The notes under the pieces were generated by a model, which was not told the DNA's origin, did no database searches, and saw nothing but the letters and a program-made list of their open reading frames with translations. Of a stretch of DNA of 64,000 nucleotides, positions 23,601 to 35,986 are shown one piece after another. The DNA comes from Azolla caroliniana. Taxonomy: Eukaryota > Plantae > Polypodiophyta. Positions within the stretch are counted from its first letter, which is position 1. Every line of letters begins with the position of its first letter. Made by a program: the position numbers and the translations under genes. The DNA lies in assembly GCA_043228905.1 (NCBI GenBank), contig JBHGNT010000009.1, positions 4,960,001-5,024,000 of the forward strand. Direction: 5' to 3'.

Positions 23601-26145
23601 GCCTTCAACTTACGACCAGTTTCTCTCTCAGCCCTCGTTTGGAACTCTTTGCAGACGGATAACACTTGATCCTTCATCTTCAACACGGAAGCCCACAACT
23701 TCCGGCTATAGTCGTCTATAAAGGTCACAAAATATTGTGAACCACTGTGCGACTTCGTGTCCATGTAGCATAATTCCGTTTGCACAAGTTCCAACGGCAT
23801 TTTCTTCCTCATTGAGGGCCTTGTTCGGAAGGATGTTCGATATTTCTTACCATCCAAGCAATCCGTGCATTTCTCAAGTTGGACGTTCTTCACCTCCGGA
23901 ATGAGGTTATCCTCGGCAAGCTTCTGCATCCCCTTTTGGCTCATGTGGCACAAACTCCTATGCCACAGTTCACCGATTGTTTTAGCTGCCACATTCACTT
24001 CCCCACGGCATAATCGAGCATTCATTACGTACAATGTGCTGGTTTTCCATGCTCGAGCCACGATTAGGCTCCCCTTGTAGAACTTCATGACAGAATTCCA
24101 GATGCTACCCATGTAGCCTTCATCATCCAGCCGACCGGTTGATATCAAGTTCAATCGAACCTCTGGAACGTGTCGAACATCTCTCAGCACGAGTCTGTAG
24201 CCAGTTGAGGTCACCAAACACATGTCTCCAATGCCCACGATTCGGCATGCTCCTTCATTTCCCATCTTTACGGATCCGAGATAATCAGCCTTGTACGATG
24301 AGAAGCATTTCCGGTCAAGGGTTAGGTGAAACAACGCACCCGAATCAACCACCCATGTCGATTCATCACCGACAAGGTTCACTTCGTTCTACTCGCTAAT
24401 GAGCAGCAACTCCTCCTCACTTGTCGCCGAGGTGTTCCTGCTTTCCGAAATCTTTTTCGGTTGCACACCATCGGCTCCCCCTTTTTCCTTTCAGAAATGT
24501 CGGCAATTCTTTTGAAAGTGCCCCGGCTTCCCGCAATAGAAGCACGTGGACCTTCCTCTCGACTTCAACCTTGTCCCCGACTTGTCTCAATTCTGGGGAC
24601 TTCGATTTCGGCTCCTTCCATATCACCTTGTGTGATGAGAGCCTTCTTGTCGGTATTGGACTCTCAGTCCTTCCGGCGAGCTTCTTCGTTCAACAAGCTC
24701 GACTTCACCTACTCTAGGGATAGATGTTTCCCTTCCGGTCTTGCATTGCCCAAAGTAACAACCAGTGTTTCCCAACTGTCCGGAAGGGATCCAAGCTAGA
24801 ATAGTGCAAACACCTCATTGGCAAGAGGTACTTTAGGGAGGTGGTTTGGTTCATTAGTCCTCGGAAGGCATTGATGTGCTCCGCCATGCTGGAGCCATCC
24901 TGATACCGAAGTCTCACGATTTTTCTGAAAACTAAGACTTTATTCACGACGTTCTTGTTTTCAAACATAACCTCGATCTTCTTCCACATGACATTTGCTT
25001 TTGTTTCTTCGCCAAAGTTGTTGTATAGACTCATGTCTATAAAACATCTTATGTATGCGGTAGCTTTTAAGTGCAACGCTTCCCAAACCGTTGCATCAAT
25101 CTTGTTTGGCCTTGTATCTCTGAACTGCACTAGCAGCTAGAGATCTTTGCACACGAGCATGTCTCTCATCTTCGACTTCCACACTGAATAGTTGGAGCCG
25201 GTTAACTTAAACATGCCGCCGAACGAGTCTTCCATCGCTCTAATACCACTTTGTCGAGAATCGTGACCATGCACAATTGGCTTCTCGTTCGGATGTTTGG
25301 GTGCACAGAACGTAAAGTAGAATGCACTCAGACAGAGTACGAAAACAAAAAGGGCACAAGAGACAGAAACACACGATTTTAGGTGGAAACCCAAAATGGG
25401 AAAAAACCACGAGGGTCCACAAACCCCGAGAAACAGAATCACTATGCTAAAAGGAGGAGTACTTCGTCAACAGACGGCTATAGAGTTACACACACTCTCA
25501 CTCTCACTCTCACTCACTTACTATTACACAGTTACAGAGGCAACGACCTTCTAAGTAACATTTTAACAATAACTCATCATCACATTATGATTGCCCAAGT
25601 ACTCATCCACAAACCCCGAGAAACAGAATCACTATGCTAAAAGGAGGAGTACTTCGTCAACAGACGGCTACAGAGTTACACACACTCTCACTCTCACTCT
25701 CACTCACTTACTGTTACACAGTTACAGAGGCAACGACCTTCTAAGTAACATTTTAACAATAACTCATCATCACATTATGATTGCCCAAGTACTCATCCAC
25801 AAACCCCGAGAAACAGAATCACTATGCTAAAAGGAGGAGTACTTCGTCAACAGACGGCTACAGAGTTACACACACTCTCACTCTCACTCTCACTCACTTA
25901 CTGTTACACAGTTACAGAGGCAACGACCTTCTAAGTAACATTTTAACAATAACTCATCATCACATTATGATTGCCCAAGTACTTATACTAGCACACCTTT
26001 TGGGTTATTTACAAGTGTACCCCATAAGGGCATATTTAGACTATTTACAAGTATAGTCTTCCGAGTTGGTTGTCTACACGATTTCGGTTTTGGCCTCGGC
26101 CTATCAGCTCTCCTCTTCCCATTCGGAGGGACCCGTTTCCTAACA
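20663..26145 (-). mobile_element. Ty1/copia LTR retrotransposon, full length, decayed
   Basis: 3' LTR 20663-21220; 5' LTR 25252-26145; TSD TAAAG/TAAGG (4 of 5); PBS-like TGGTATTAGAGC. gag 24400-25235, PR-INT ORF 23252-24382, RT/RH 21230-22750. Confidence 0.95.
25416..25985. repeat. Three tandem copies of a 190-bp unit inside the 5' LTR
   Basis: Period 190 (ORFs at 25591 and 25781 have identical starts); the 3' LTR has one copy. Confidence 0.95.
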
Positions 26146-26212
26146 TAAGGATAGGCACACGACGGTTAGAGGGTGGTTAAGCTAAATAAGAGAAAGTAGG
26201 CAACATACACTA

Positions 26213-26264
<52 letters not shown>

Positions 26265-26284
26265 AATGTTTTTATTAAAAGAGG

Positions 26285-26347
26285 GTGGTGGTCTTACGCA
26301 AACTAGTTTCGCTCCATAGTGGAGCTCTTCAATGCAAAGACCATTAC
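26285..26347 (-). ncRNA. Type I hammerhead ribozyme motif B (core C3U variant)
   Basis: Minus strand: GTAATGGTCTT-TGCA TTGAAGA GCTCCA-CTA-TGGAGC GAAA CTAG TT TGCG-t-AAGACCACCAC. Confidence 0.78.
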
Positions 26348-26456
26348 AACAAGAGAATGTGATTAATAAAGGGGTGGGGAGGAAGAGGGAGTGAGAGAAA
26401 AGGGGTGGGGAGGATTTAATTTGTCTTGTGGATGACATAGAATGGGAGGTAGTGAT

Positions 26457-29400
26457 GATAGATAGATAGATAGATAGATTATATTATCGTCTTCGGAGGT
26501 CAGATATGACCTATGAGACCAAAAATATTACATTTCACGTGATACATGTGAAGGTGAGTAGTGACTCTCAATGTTCAAGAACTTTACCAATGAATGTTGC
26601 AATTGAGAGTGCACATCGTGGTTGTGAGAGAAATTCATGCAAGGATTGGGCTCAATCGAAGAGATGTGGAAAGCATGGTCGAATATGATCAAAGGCAAAG
26701 CATTGTATCAAAGTGTGATACTCAGACTCTCGAACTTGTTTAGGGCAAAGTGTGCATAGTCGGCCATTCTCATCATTTGTGCCCCAACGCACCATCCAAC
26801 ATCTCAATGTGTGCGAGCTAAGTCACATGGAAGCAATGGTTCGAATGGCAGATATCGGGATGGGCTCTAACATGTATCAATGTGTACAGCTTCCCCGTTC
26901 CGCGAAGAATATGGTTTTGTAGTTAGGTGCAACATTTGTACTATAATGTGTGAAGCGTGAGCCACCACATTTGTCCCATGTCATGATACATTGGCATTGC
27001 AAAAAGGCCTCATTTACAAAGGAATCTAGTGACGCATCATGAAGCAAGTATCTTGCATCCTATCTACCAAACCATTTGTCTAAATCTTGCATCCAACCGG
27101 AACACAAAATTTTGCTTTTATGCGTCTTTTGGATCTTTTTGCTTGCTTCCCATGCAATTCTAGGAAGTTGATGTGAGGGGCTTTTTTGAACCTTAAGCAT
27201 GTATTCAACAACCCTTTCCATGGCCATGATCTCAATGGGAAGCGATTCCGTCTCAAGGAGGAGGAGGGTGTAGGGCGTTTGTTTCTTAACTTGTAGAAAC
27301 TTTGTAAGAAAATGTTTTTGGACATTTTCAAACTCTTTCCACATAGATTTAGGGATGCTACCACCCCATACTTCCACCCCATAGAGAAGAACCGGGGTCA
27401 CCAAAGTGTCAAAAGGATATTTCTTGAGGACCCAACACTTAATATCTCCAAGCTTGCATTGCATGTGTTCTCAAATGCATAATATGCTCGCTTACCCGCC
27501 TCTAAGCGGCGTGTAGCACATTCATTCCATTTATGATTTGAAGGAACTTCAGGCCAAGATATTTGAAGCTTTCCACACATTCAAGTGGCTCATTGTTGTA
27601 CATAATGCATGGTTTATCTATTTTTTGACTCTTCACAAGCATAATCTTTGTTTTAGAGCTATTGACACTTAATCTAGTATGCATGCAAAAAATTTCCAAT
27701 GCCTTCATAAACTTTTGTGCATCTCCTGAAGTATTTGCAAAAAGCACTACATCATCCGCATATAACAAAAGCATAATCACAACATTCCCAATGGCAACTT
27801 CTTCAACACATTCTTCCTTTACAAACTTGGTAACCATTTATTCTAATTCATCAATGCATAGACCAAATAATGTTGGTGAGAGTGGGCATCCTTGCTTAAC
27901 ACCAATAGTGCTATTGAAAAAATCTGAAAGTCTATCTCTCATACGCACACAACATATAACCTTCTCATATATTTGGGAAATTGCAAGCATATATTCACTT
28001 GGCACCTCAAGTTCTTCCATCCGCCTCCAAAGATGCTCACGAGGTACCATATCAAAAGCTTTCTTGAAGTCTACAAAGCAACAATATAAACCTTTACCTC
28101 TAAGGCGACTTTCCTCCATTAATACTCGAAGAGTGACAAGATGATCAATGGTGCTATGGTGTTTTCGAAAACCAGCTTGTCCATAAGCTCGCTTACCATT
28201 TTTTTCTACCCATACACTTATCTTTGTTTCCATTATATATCCAAATAGTTTTGCCATTAATGAGCCAACCATGATGGTTCGATAGTTGTTTACATTATTT
28301 ACATCTCCGCCTTTATGTAAAGGTTTGATCCAATTTGTAGTCCAATCATATGGCATACCATGTTGCAATACATCATTAAACATATCGCATATCCATATAT
28401 GTGATTCCTTTCCCGTCCATTTGAGCATTTCAGTTTTTATACATTGAAGATCGCTTGCCTTTCGAGAGGCCAATTTCTTAAGTCCTATGCATATATCTTC
28501 AATTGTAAAGAAGGGAGACATATGTGAAAGAGAAACATAACAGATCATCTTTCTGGCAAGAGATCACTCGTATAAATTCTTACAATGCATAGACAAGTCA
28601 TGAAGAGTTAAGTCACCATAACTCTCAACATGTTTCCCCTTTAGATTTCCCCAAAATTTAGCACATGCGTGTGCTTTCTCTTACGTTTGGAGAAGTTGTT
28701 GAGTAATTTCCCATATTCGTCTCTTTCTTTAAATAAGCCTTTTATAGTCATGCAAATGCTTTTGGTAATTTTCTTTATCCTTAACTACATCCAAAACCAT
28801 AAGGCACTTTCGAGCTTCATGACATTCTTTATCAAACCATTTTTTCTTACATTTCTTGGTGCATTTCCATGATGTGCGGTTGGTCGAAAAACATTTGTTT
28901 GTACAAGAGAGAATGACATTCTTAAAAGATTCTCATTTGCATTCTAGTGTGGCACCATGTTGTGTCTTTGTCATTTGTAACATATCCTCAACCATCTTGG
29001 AATACATGGGCACTCGCTTAAGATTCATGCTCAAGTGTGTTTGTTTACTATCTTCAATGACCTTCTCGCAATCAAACCTATGCATACATTTGAGATCATA
29101 TACATAAATTCCTATGATCGGATTCCGGTGTCCATTCCCCCGGTGAGAATTTATGTATACGATCCAAAATACCTTCGGAAAGTAGCACATAGTCAATCAC
29201 ACGATTTCCATTGTGTTTTCTACATGTAAAGCCGTTAGTATTTGGCCATAAGGAAACACCATTTGCAATAAGCAATCCGGTACTATTGCACATTTGTAGG
29301 AGTAGTTTCCCAAATTGGTTCGAATCTTTTTCATCGCTAGAAGATCGACTATACATTTGCATATCCTCTTGCATCCTTGAGATATGTGGCATGAAAGATT

Positions 29401-30920
29401 CTTGTGAATCAAGTTGGAAACTTCTTGTACGAGCATTCATGTCACCAAAGACAATAACTTCCACATTGGATTTGAAATAATCAATATCATCTTCTAGATT
29501 TGCAAAATGTTGATCTTTATCCAAACAAGCATAGAAGTTAGAATCTTGATGAGGAATGTAACATCCAACAACAAAAGTGGGCAAATCATTAAGTGTTTCT
29601 ATTTTGAGCCATATGTAGCATTTATGTTCATCATTTTTTACGATTGACACATATTTCTCTATTTCCTTCTTAATCAAACATGCCACCCCTCCTTGTCCTC
29701 TTCTTTGTCTTAGATTTTTCTCCCATATCAAAGAGTGTACATTATAGTTTCCTAAACCTTGAATCCTTTGGGTATCATGCTCCCATGTTTCAACAAGAAG
29801 TATGATATCTGAGTCATCGATGAACTCCTCTATGCCGAATCCCACATTCCATGGGTATCCATTGCAATTACAAAAACATAGTCGTAAAGACATGGTTTAG
29901 TCTCATAGGTCACGTGTCCCTATTTGGCTACATTTCCATCTTTAAGCACATCCTTAACCTTATTTTTGAATCTTTCTTCATACGCTTTACGACGGGCATT
30001 TTGTTGTGAGATAGTACGATCTTCACTCACAAAGTATTGCATACCTTTGAGGTATACCCAACTATTTTCGAGTATGATCCGCTGCTTTGTATCATCCGTC
30101 ATTGTGCATACAATGGGCCTTTATCCGGAGTGAGTAACACCATGTTTCCCAACTCTGACATCCCATATACATTCACATCCGACATCCCATAATGCATGCT
30201 AAAAAATTCACCAATGGCCTTTCCAAGGGAAGCGGGTGTTTCCATACTCTCCTCTTTAATCCGACTGATAACAATGTTCTTTGATCTTCGTTCACGCTCT
30301 TTCAATTCTCGAGCATCTATGCTTTATATATTCTTCTCTTGATGCATCACATGCATATTAGATGAGTTTGATACCCATCCCCACCACATACATCGACCCA
30401 TGATTTCGTTGTACATACATTTTTCATCTCACTTACATCCTGCCTCATCGTGTCTAATTTTTCTTCTTTTAATGCTTCCTTTAACTCAATCTTATTAAGG
30501 CACGCATTTGTTTCGAAAGAAGCTCTTTTACATTCTTGAATCTCTTCTTCAAGTTTTGCAACCACTTTCTTAAGAATTTAATTCTCAATGGTAATAGTTT
30601 GGAGCTTAGCATTCTCTTTCATTAACATCCTAATCTCTTCACCTTGCTTGTTTATGGTTTCTTGAAGGGAAATCAAGTGACTCATAAGCATTTTGTCCAT
30701 TGTGTTTATTGCATTGGAATCAACATTTGTTGGTGATTTCAGCTCCTTATCAATCATACTCCCGAACTTTGAGGCGGCCTTACGAGTGTGTGTCATTGTA
30801 GGACCAAACCTTATGAGAAGAGAGAGAGGGATAGAGGGACAGAGAAAATGTACCTTTCACTTTATTTAGGGCTTCAAAATCTACCTTGCGTTTAAGGGGC
30901 CGTGGGGCAAAGACGGATGC
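26457..30920 (-). mobile_element. Near full-length non-LTR retrotransposon (LINE, RTE-X-like), ORF1 and ORF2 disrupted
   Basis: ORF1 fragments 30796-29900 (coiled coil, ERERRSKNIVISRIKE). APE endonuclease 29893-29096 (LLVETW, GDMNART, IDY, SDH). RT QAGFR, FVDFKKAFD, GVKQGCPLSP, LLYADD. C-terminal C/H motif near 26700-26790. 3' tail (TATC)n at 26457-26479. Clade assignment is inferred. Confidence 0.9.
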
Positions 30921-31031
30921 GGACAAAAATGCTCATAACTTTTTGCCACGATAACGGAATTCAGTAAATGAACATTCCTTAGAAAGCTCTCTGAAAGAGC
31001 TTTCCAATGAGCTATAGAATGCAAACAATGA

Positions 31032-31097
<66 letters not shown>

Positions 31098-31220
31098 AAT
31101 GTGTGTATGAAAGTCATAGGGAGTGAGAGAGGTAGAATGAGTGTAATGATGATGATGATGATGGGTGTAAGGGGGGGGGGGGGGGGGGGGGGAGTTCTTA
31201 ATGTGATGAAAAAAAGGGGT

Positions 31221-31405
31221 TTTAGGATGGTGGTATAATATTAAGTGGGGGATGTGGGTGGATTTTTTGAAAACTTAGTCTTAAGTGGGGGATTTGGGTG
31301 GATTGTTTGAAATTTTAGTCTTAAGTGAGGGATTTGGGTGGATTGTTTGAAAACTTAGTCTTAAGTGGGGGATTTGGGTGGATATTTTGAAAACTTAGTC
31401 TTAAC
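31221..31405. repeat. 40-bp tandem repeat (~4.5 copies) spanning the PLE stop codon
   Basis: Unit ttaagtgggggatttgggtggattgtttgaaaacttagtc; the minus strand reads KTKFSKYPPKSPT*. Confidence 0.92.
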
Positions 31406-32820
31406 TAGGAGGACATGTATGGACTTAGATTTTGTCCAACATATGAAGGGGCGTGAGATGCCAACAAGCTCGGGATCTAGCACTAAGTCATTATAGAGAT
31501 TTTTTAGAAAACTATGAATGCCTAATTTTGGGGTATTTTTGGTGTACGTAAGTTTAAAGATTGTGGGGTTAAGGGAGGTAGTAGTTTTGGGTTGATATAG
31601 GAGTGTTTCTCTAAGATTAAAGGGTATTTTCCTATAGCTTTTTAGTATGAAGGGGGGTAACCACAGTTAACTAGTCTATTGAAAAAGAGCTTTTTCCTTT
31701 GGTAGAAACCTAATGGGGTGCTTTCTCTAATGAGATATCTCCTCGCTTTATTAATGATAAAGTGTTGTTTTGTATGGCGAGGAAAAAGTGTTGTTTTGAG
31801 GATGATCGGATGAAAAAGGCAAGTATTGGTATAAATTGAGAGGTTTTTGAAAACAATTAAATGAAAAAAACGTCTAAAAAATGTAGCCTAGAGGGGGAAG
31901 TTTGAATAGTAATTTTGATGGAGTTATTGTGTGTAAAGGGTAAAAGTGAAGATATTCTAAAAGTTGAGATTTGGTTCCTATCCAGACCCCAAATGCATCA
32001 TCAATATAGTGGGTGAAGTAGAGGAGATGGGGGGGCGATGGTTGTAAGTTTTCGAGATATACTAAAAAGAGGCAGGCATATACAACTGAGACGTTGTTGC
32101 CCATAGTCGTACCTTTTAATTGTTGGTAGACTACGTTGTCGAAAGTGAGATAGTGATATTCTAAAACAAGGGCACTAAGGGTATAGATGAGATTAGTTTT
32201 TGAAGGGGAAAAATGGGGGTTGATTAGACTATGTAAGGTGGGGAAGATTCGGGTTACGTAGGTGAGAGACATTGTGTTCTTCATAATACATGTGTGGGAT
32301 TGGGAAGAGAGGGGGCATGTATCCATGTCGGCTGCCTTGTGTAGGCCCGTGCATCATGCCATGGAGGGGGGGTTTTAGATCTATAGGCTGGCTGTCATAC
32401 ACAGTCTCGAGCCTTACATCGGAGGGGGAGAATGGGTATGTATGATGGTTTCCGTTTCCAGAGATGTGGCCATTACCAGGTCGAAGATGGAGTGGTGGCC
32501 CGGCCTTTAATTGTGGATGATGTTGGTCGTGGCGGAGTTCGTTGTTTCTTACATCAGAGGGGGAGAACAAGTGTGTCTGATGGTTTCCATTTCTAGAGAT
32601 GTGGTCGTTACCAAGTCGAAGATGGAGTGGCGGCCCAACCTGTAATTGTGGATGATGTTGGTTGTGGCGGAGTTTATTGTTAGTGGGTGGCTAGTTCCTG
32701 TCGACTGTCGGTGGCGGGCATGATATGTATGGTGCTTAAATATGTGAATCTAACACATTGTGGATGGTGTCTGGTGTTGATTGTTACTAGGACCAAATGG
32801 TCGGAACAAGGAGTGTGTAA
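31361..32820 (-). mobile_element. Penelope-like retroelement (PLE) reverse transcriptase, decayed and internally deleted
   Basis: LTFDNVVYQQLKGTTMGNNVSVVYACLFL..YFTHYIDDAFGVW, then across frameshifts FLDV, FQKPLNLYQYLPFSSDHP, FFNRLVNCGYP and PFICWTKSKSIHVLLVKTK. These match PLE RT palm and thumb motifs. Confidence 0.85.
32415..32680. repeat. ~120-bp tandem repeat (~2.2 copies) in the Pro/His-rich N-terminal part of the PLE ORF
   Basis: gagatgtggccattaccaggtcgaagatggagtgg at ~32461 recurs at ~32596 (period ~120-135 bp). Confidence 0.75.
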
Positions 32821-32953
32821 GAATAGGGTTTAGGATTTTACACCACATCATATTAAACCCCACTACCCTTTCTTTTTTCAAGTGCACTTAGCACAGCCCC
32901 ACTCCCCAATTCAAATCCCCTCAAAACCCCCTATATAAACCACCTCACACCCA

Positions 32954-33018
32954 CATGGTCATTTGGCAGTAATGAGCCCTTAGGGGCGAAACTAGTTTGC
33001 CCATAGCATTTGACCATG
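32954..33018 (+). ncRNA. Type I hammerhead ribozyme motif C (degenerate core), inverted relative to the PLE ORF
   Basis: CATGGTCA-ttt-GGCA GTAATGA GCCCT-TA-GGGGC GAAA CTAG TT TGCC...TGACCATG. The upstream ccctatata..acatggtca context matches motif A. Confidence 0.68.
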
Positions 33019-33059
33019 CCCCCACCCCCCATCCCATGTAATTTTCCATTTCTAATGAT

Positions 33060-33435
33060 AATTACACTTCTTAATCTCTCTCTCTCTCTCTCTCTCTCTT
33101 TTAATTTTTAATTAGTAATTAGTATGTAATATCCTCCTTAATCTCTCTCTTTCTCTCTCTCTCTTTTAATTTTTAATTAATAATTAGTATGTAATCTCCT
33201 CCTTAATCTCTCTCTTAATTTTTAATTAGTAATTAGTATATAATCTCCTCCTTAATCTCTCTCTCTCTCTCTTAATTTTTAATTAATAGTTAGTATGTAA
33301 TCTCCTTAATCTCTCTCCCATTCTTTTAATTTTTAATTAGTAAGTAGTATATAATCTCTCTTTCTCTCTCACTCTCTCTCTCTCTCTCTCTTTTAATTTT
33401 AATTAGTAATTAGTATGTAATCTCCTCCCCTCTCT
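33060..33435. repeat. AT-rich minisatellite (~50-65-bp unit, ~7 copies) with embedded (CT)n
   Basis: Unit aatctcctccttaatc(tc)n ttttaatttttaattagtaattagtatgt. Confidence 0.9.
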
Positions 33436-33520
33436 CATAATAGGCGAGGATGTTTATTGTTTTAATCATGTGTTTGTTTGTTTGTTTGTTTGTTTTAAAT
33501 CTTGTTTTTAATTAACCCCC

Positions 33521-33966
33521 ATCTTATCCCTCATCCTATCTTTTCCAACTATCTCTCATCCCCCTTTCTATCAAGTCTCTTCTCACTTCTTGTCTATCTT
33601 CCCTCCCCCACTTCCTCTCTTTTTCATGCTCTTTATACAAGTTTTTCACCTCCTATTTTTTGCTATGACACAATGACCTTCTCATCCTTATATCTCTCTC
33701 ATCCAAGTTCCAAATTTAGCGATATTTGAACCCATATTTGAGCATGATATTTGGACTTCAAACGAAGGAGTTATGACCATTCTTTTCGAACTAATTGTAG
33801 GTGGTCCGCTTTTTCGTTTTTTACTTTTCTCTATGTCTCTTACTTTTACTTTGACTTCTCCTTAAGATCTTGGTTTGTGTTCTTCCCCTCCAAATGTGAA
33901 TGCTCCATACTTTATATTCTTCTAGTGTTCAATAGCTGGAATTCTAAAAATACTTTCACACTTACA
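33521..33966 (-). mobile_element. Remainder of the gypsy LTR begun at 19723
   Basis: 33521-33716 is a diverged direct copy of ~20104-20294. The segment ends CTTACA (TG on minus) immediately before copia sequence starts. Confidence 0.55.
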
Positions 33967-34269
33967 TAGGGAAAGCACAACCGAGTCTTCGCTGCTCACC
34001 AGCTCATCATCTTGATGGTACTTCCAACTCAACTCTTCATTCAACCCGCTCAGCCGAAATGAGATCGGACTCTCATCTAGAGTACCAAATCCTTCTTCAT
34101 CTTCTGCCAGGATTGTTTCCGGCTCACTGGCCTCATCTTCCGAATTCGGGTCGGAGATTGGAGTTGGTAGAGAGTACCAGGATGTTGATTCGTCAAATTC
34201 GACATTTCAGCTTACTCGTACTTGCGTAGTCTTGGGGTTGTAGCACTTGTACCCCTTCTACTCATGAGA

Positions 34270-35986
34270 AAGAAAGATATATTAACGTCTTCTAAGGCCA
34301 AAATTGGCCCATGAGACAAAGGGTTTACAACAAAAAATGGGATATTTACCCATTTATCGAAAGTAAAAAATAAAAATAAAAATAAAAATAAGATAAAAAA
34401 TAGAGTTTTAAGCTAAATAGTTCTAGTAAAATAACAAACATGTTCTATATAAAAAACATGTTCTACAATGAAAATGATGTTATAATAGGCCTAAATTCAT
34501 TTCCATCCAAGTCTCTCGAAGAGAAGCGGGAGGTTAAAGTTTCGATGTGGATGTGGCTCGTGGTCCCAATGTAAAAGGTACCCCAACCATAGCTTCTAGT
34601 CAACGTAGCTCACATTCCCTTATCTTCTTAATATTTTCTACTCCGTGTCAACTTGTTTTGAAGCCCAACATCCGAGGGCATTTGGTTGTTCTTTGCATTT
34701 CGGCTTCCTCAAGAGAGAGACCGAGCAGCATAAGTGTATCCACATTCAACGTCTCCCCTTGTTCCTGAAAAATTACACTAGTTACAAGTTGATGAATAGT
34801 AAAAGGGTTATGGTTAACACTTTGTAATTTATTCTCCCTATGTTGTTTTAGCTCTAAGATATACCTACCTAGTCTCTTTACATCCGGGGTATCTAATAGT
34901 TTGGAGAGGGTGGGAGAGGGTCCTAATATGTCTTGGTATTCCGCTCGTATCTCGACATAAGTTGGGCACTTGCATGTGAAATGATACTCATCCTCTATCT
35001 CTATGTGGCATAACCTACATAGCCTTTCCTCTCTAGGGACTCTATTAGCCCAACCATTCTCAATCTCAAGTTGGTGAGATGATATCCTAAGTTGTCCAAT
35101 GGCCACCCTTAGTGCATTTGATAAGAATGTATCTAGATATCTTGGTCGTGTAATAAAACCTAACTTAGAGAAGTGCAAGAAGTGTTCCTTATAGTACAAC
35201 ATTTTAGATGGGAGTGGCTCTCATGGGGTGATCCATTTATATTGAGTGTAAATTTGCCATATTTCTTGGTGTATCACTTTATTACGGTCTTCACGAGATA
35301 TTAGAGTTTGATCAGTCCCATGGTTGTACTTAACGGGAGGTAGGTAGGTTATTAATGTCTATGCCGTTTGCAAGTAACCAACTCACCACAGTGCTATACC
35401 AAGAGCTAGTGTCTCTAGACACATATAGGGATTGGGATGCCTCAAAGGCTCGACGGGATAGCCTATCTTGTGGTTGGTTATGTATCCGATGAATAAAAAC
35501 TACCACTCGAAAAAGTGCTTCTACTAACATTGAGGGCAGACTGAACTCTGTTTTAACAATGTCATGTGGTACTGTCGATTTACTTCGGAGTTGACCTGTA
35601 ACATCGTCACCAAAGGTCTCTCTAATTGCGTCTACATGAAAGATCATACTAGACCAAGAGCCCATACTATTGATGCATAGATGAGGGAAGGGGTCATTAA
35701 TGAGTCGAAGGGCCATCCCTTAGTCTGGGGCTCTTGAAAGTATGCATGGTGGCATTGTCTCTCTAAGAGTGAGAGGGATGCATACCCTCTCGTTAGCCTA
35801 TCTTTGGTTGCCTGGGTCATCGAGAATTTACCTGAGCGAGCAATAAAAGTGACTCCCAAGTATACATATGATCCAACAACCTCACCTAGTTTATGAAAGA
35901 GGATTAGGTGACATTTACTCCTAACTCAGGATGATGTATGAAAGATAAGGACTTTAGTTTTCACTAGATTTACTACTAGTCCTCGT
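34270..35986 (-). mobile_element. 5'-truncated LINE (RTE-X-like 3' portion)
   Basis: Flanked by TGAGA (34265-34269 and 35987-35991) inside the copia codons VGYSHE. Encodes QLRISSHQLEIENG..REERLCRLC..IEDEYHFTCKCP. Confidence 0.85.

Noticed and set aside
20501-33018. Helitron 3' ends (GC hairpin followed by CTAG-T) at the three hammerhead sites
   Set aside because: Sequence beyond CTAG pairs with sequence upstream of the hairpin in all three copies, a CTGANGA-like box and GAAA flank the hairpin, and a PLE RT is adjacent. No Rep/helicase is seen. Not fully excluded without a genome search.
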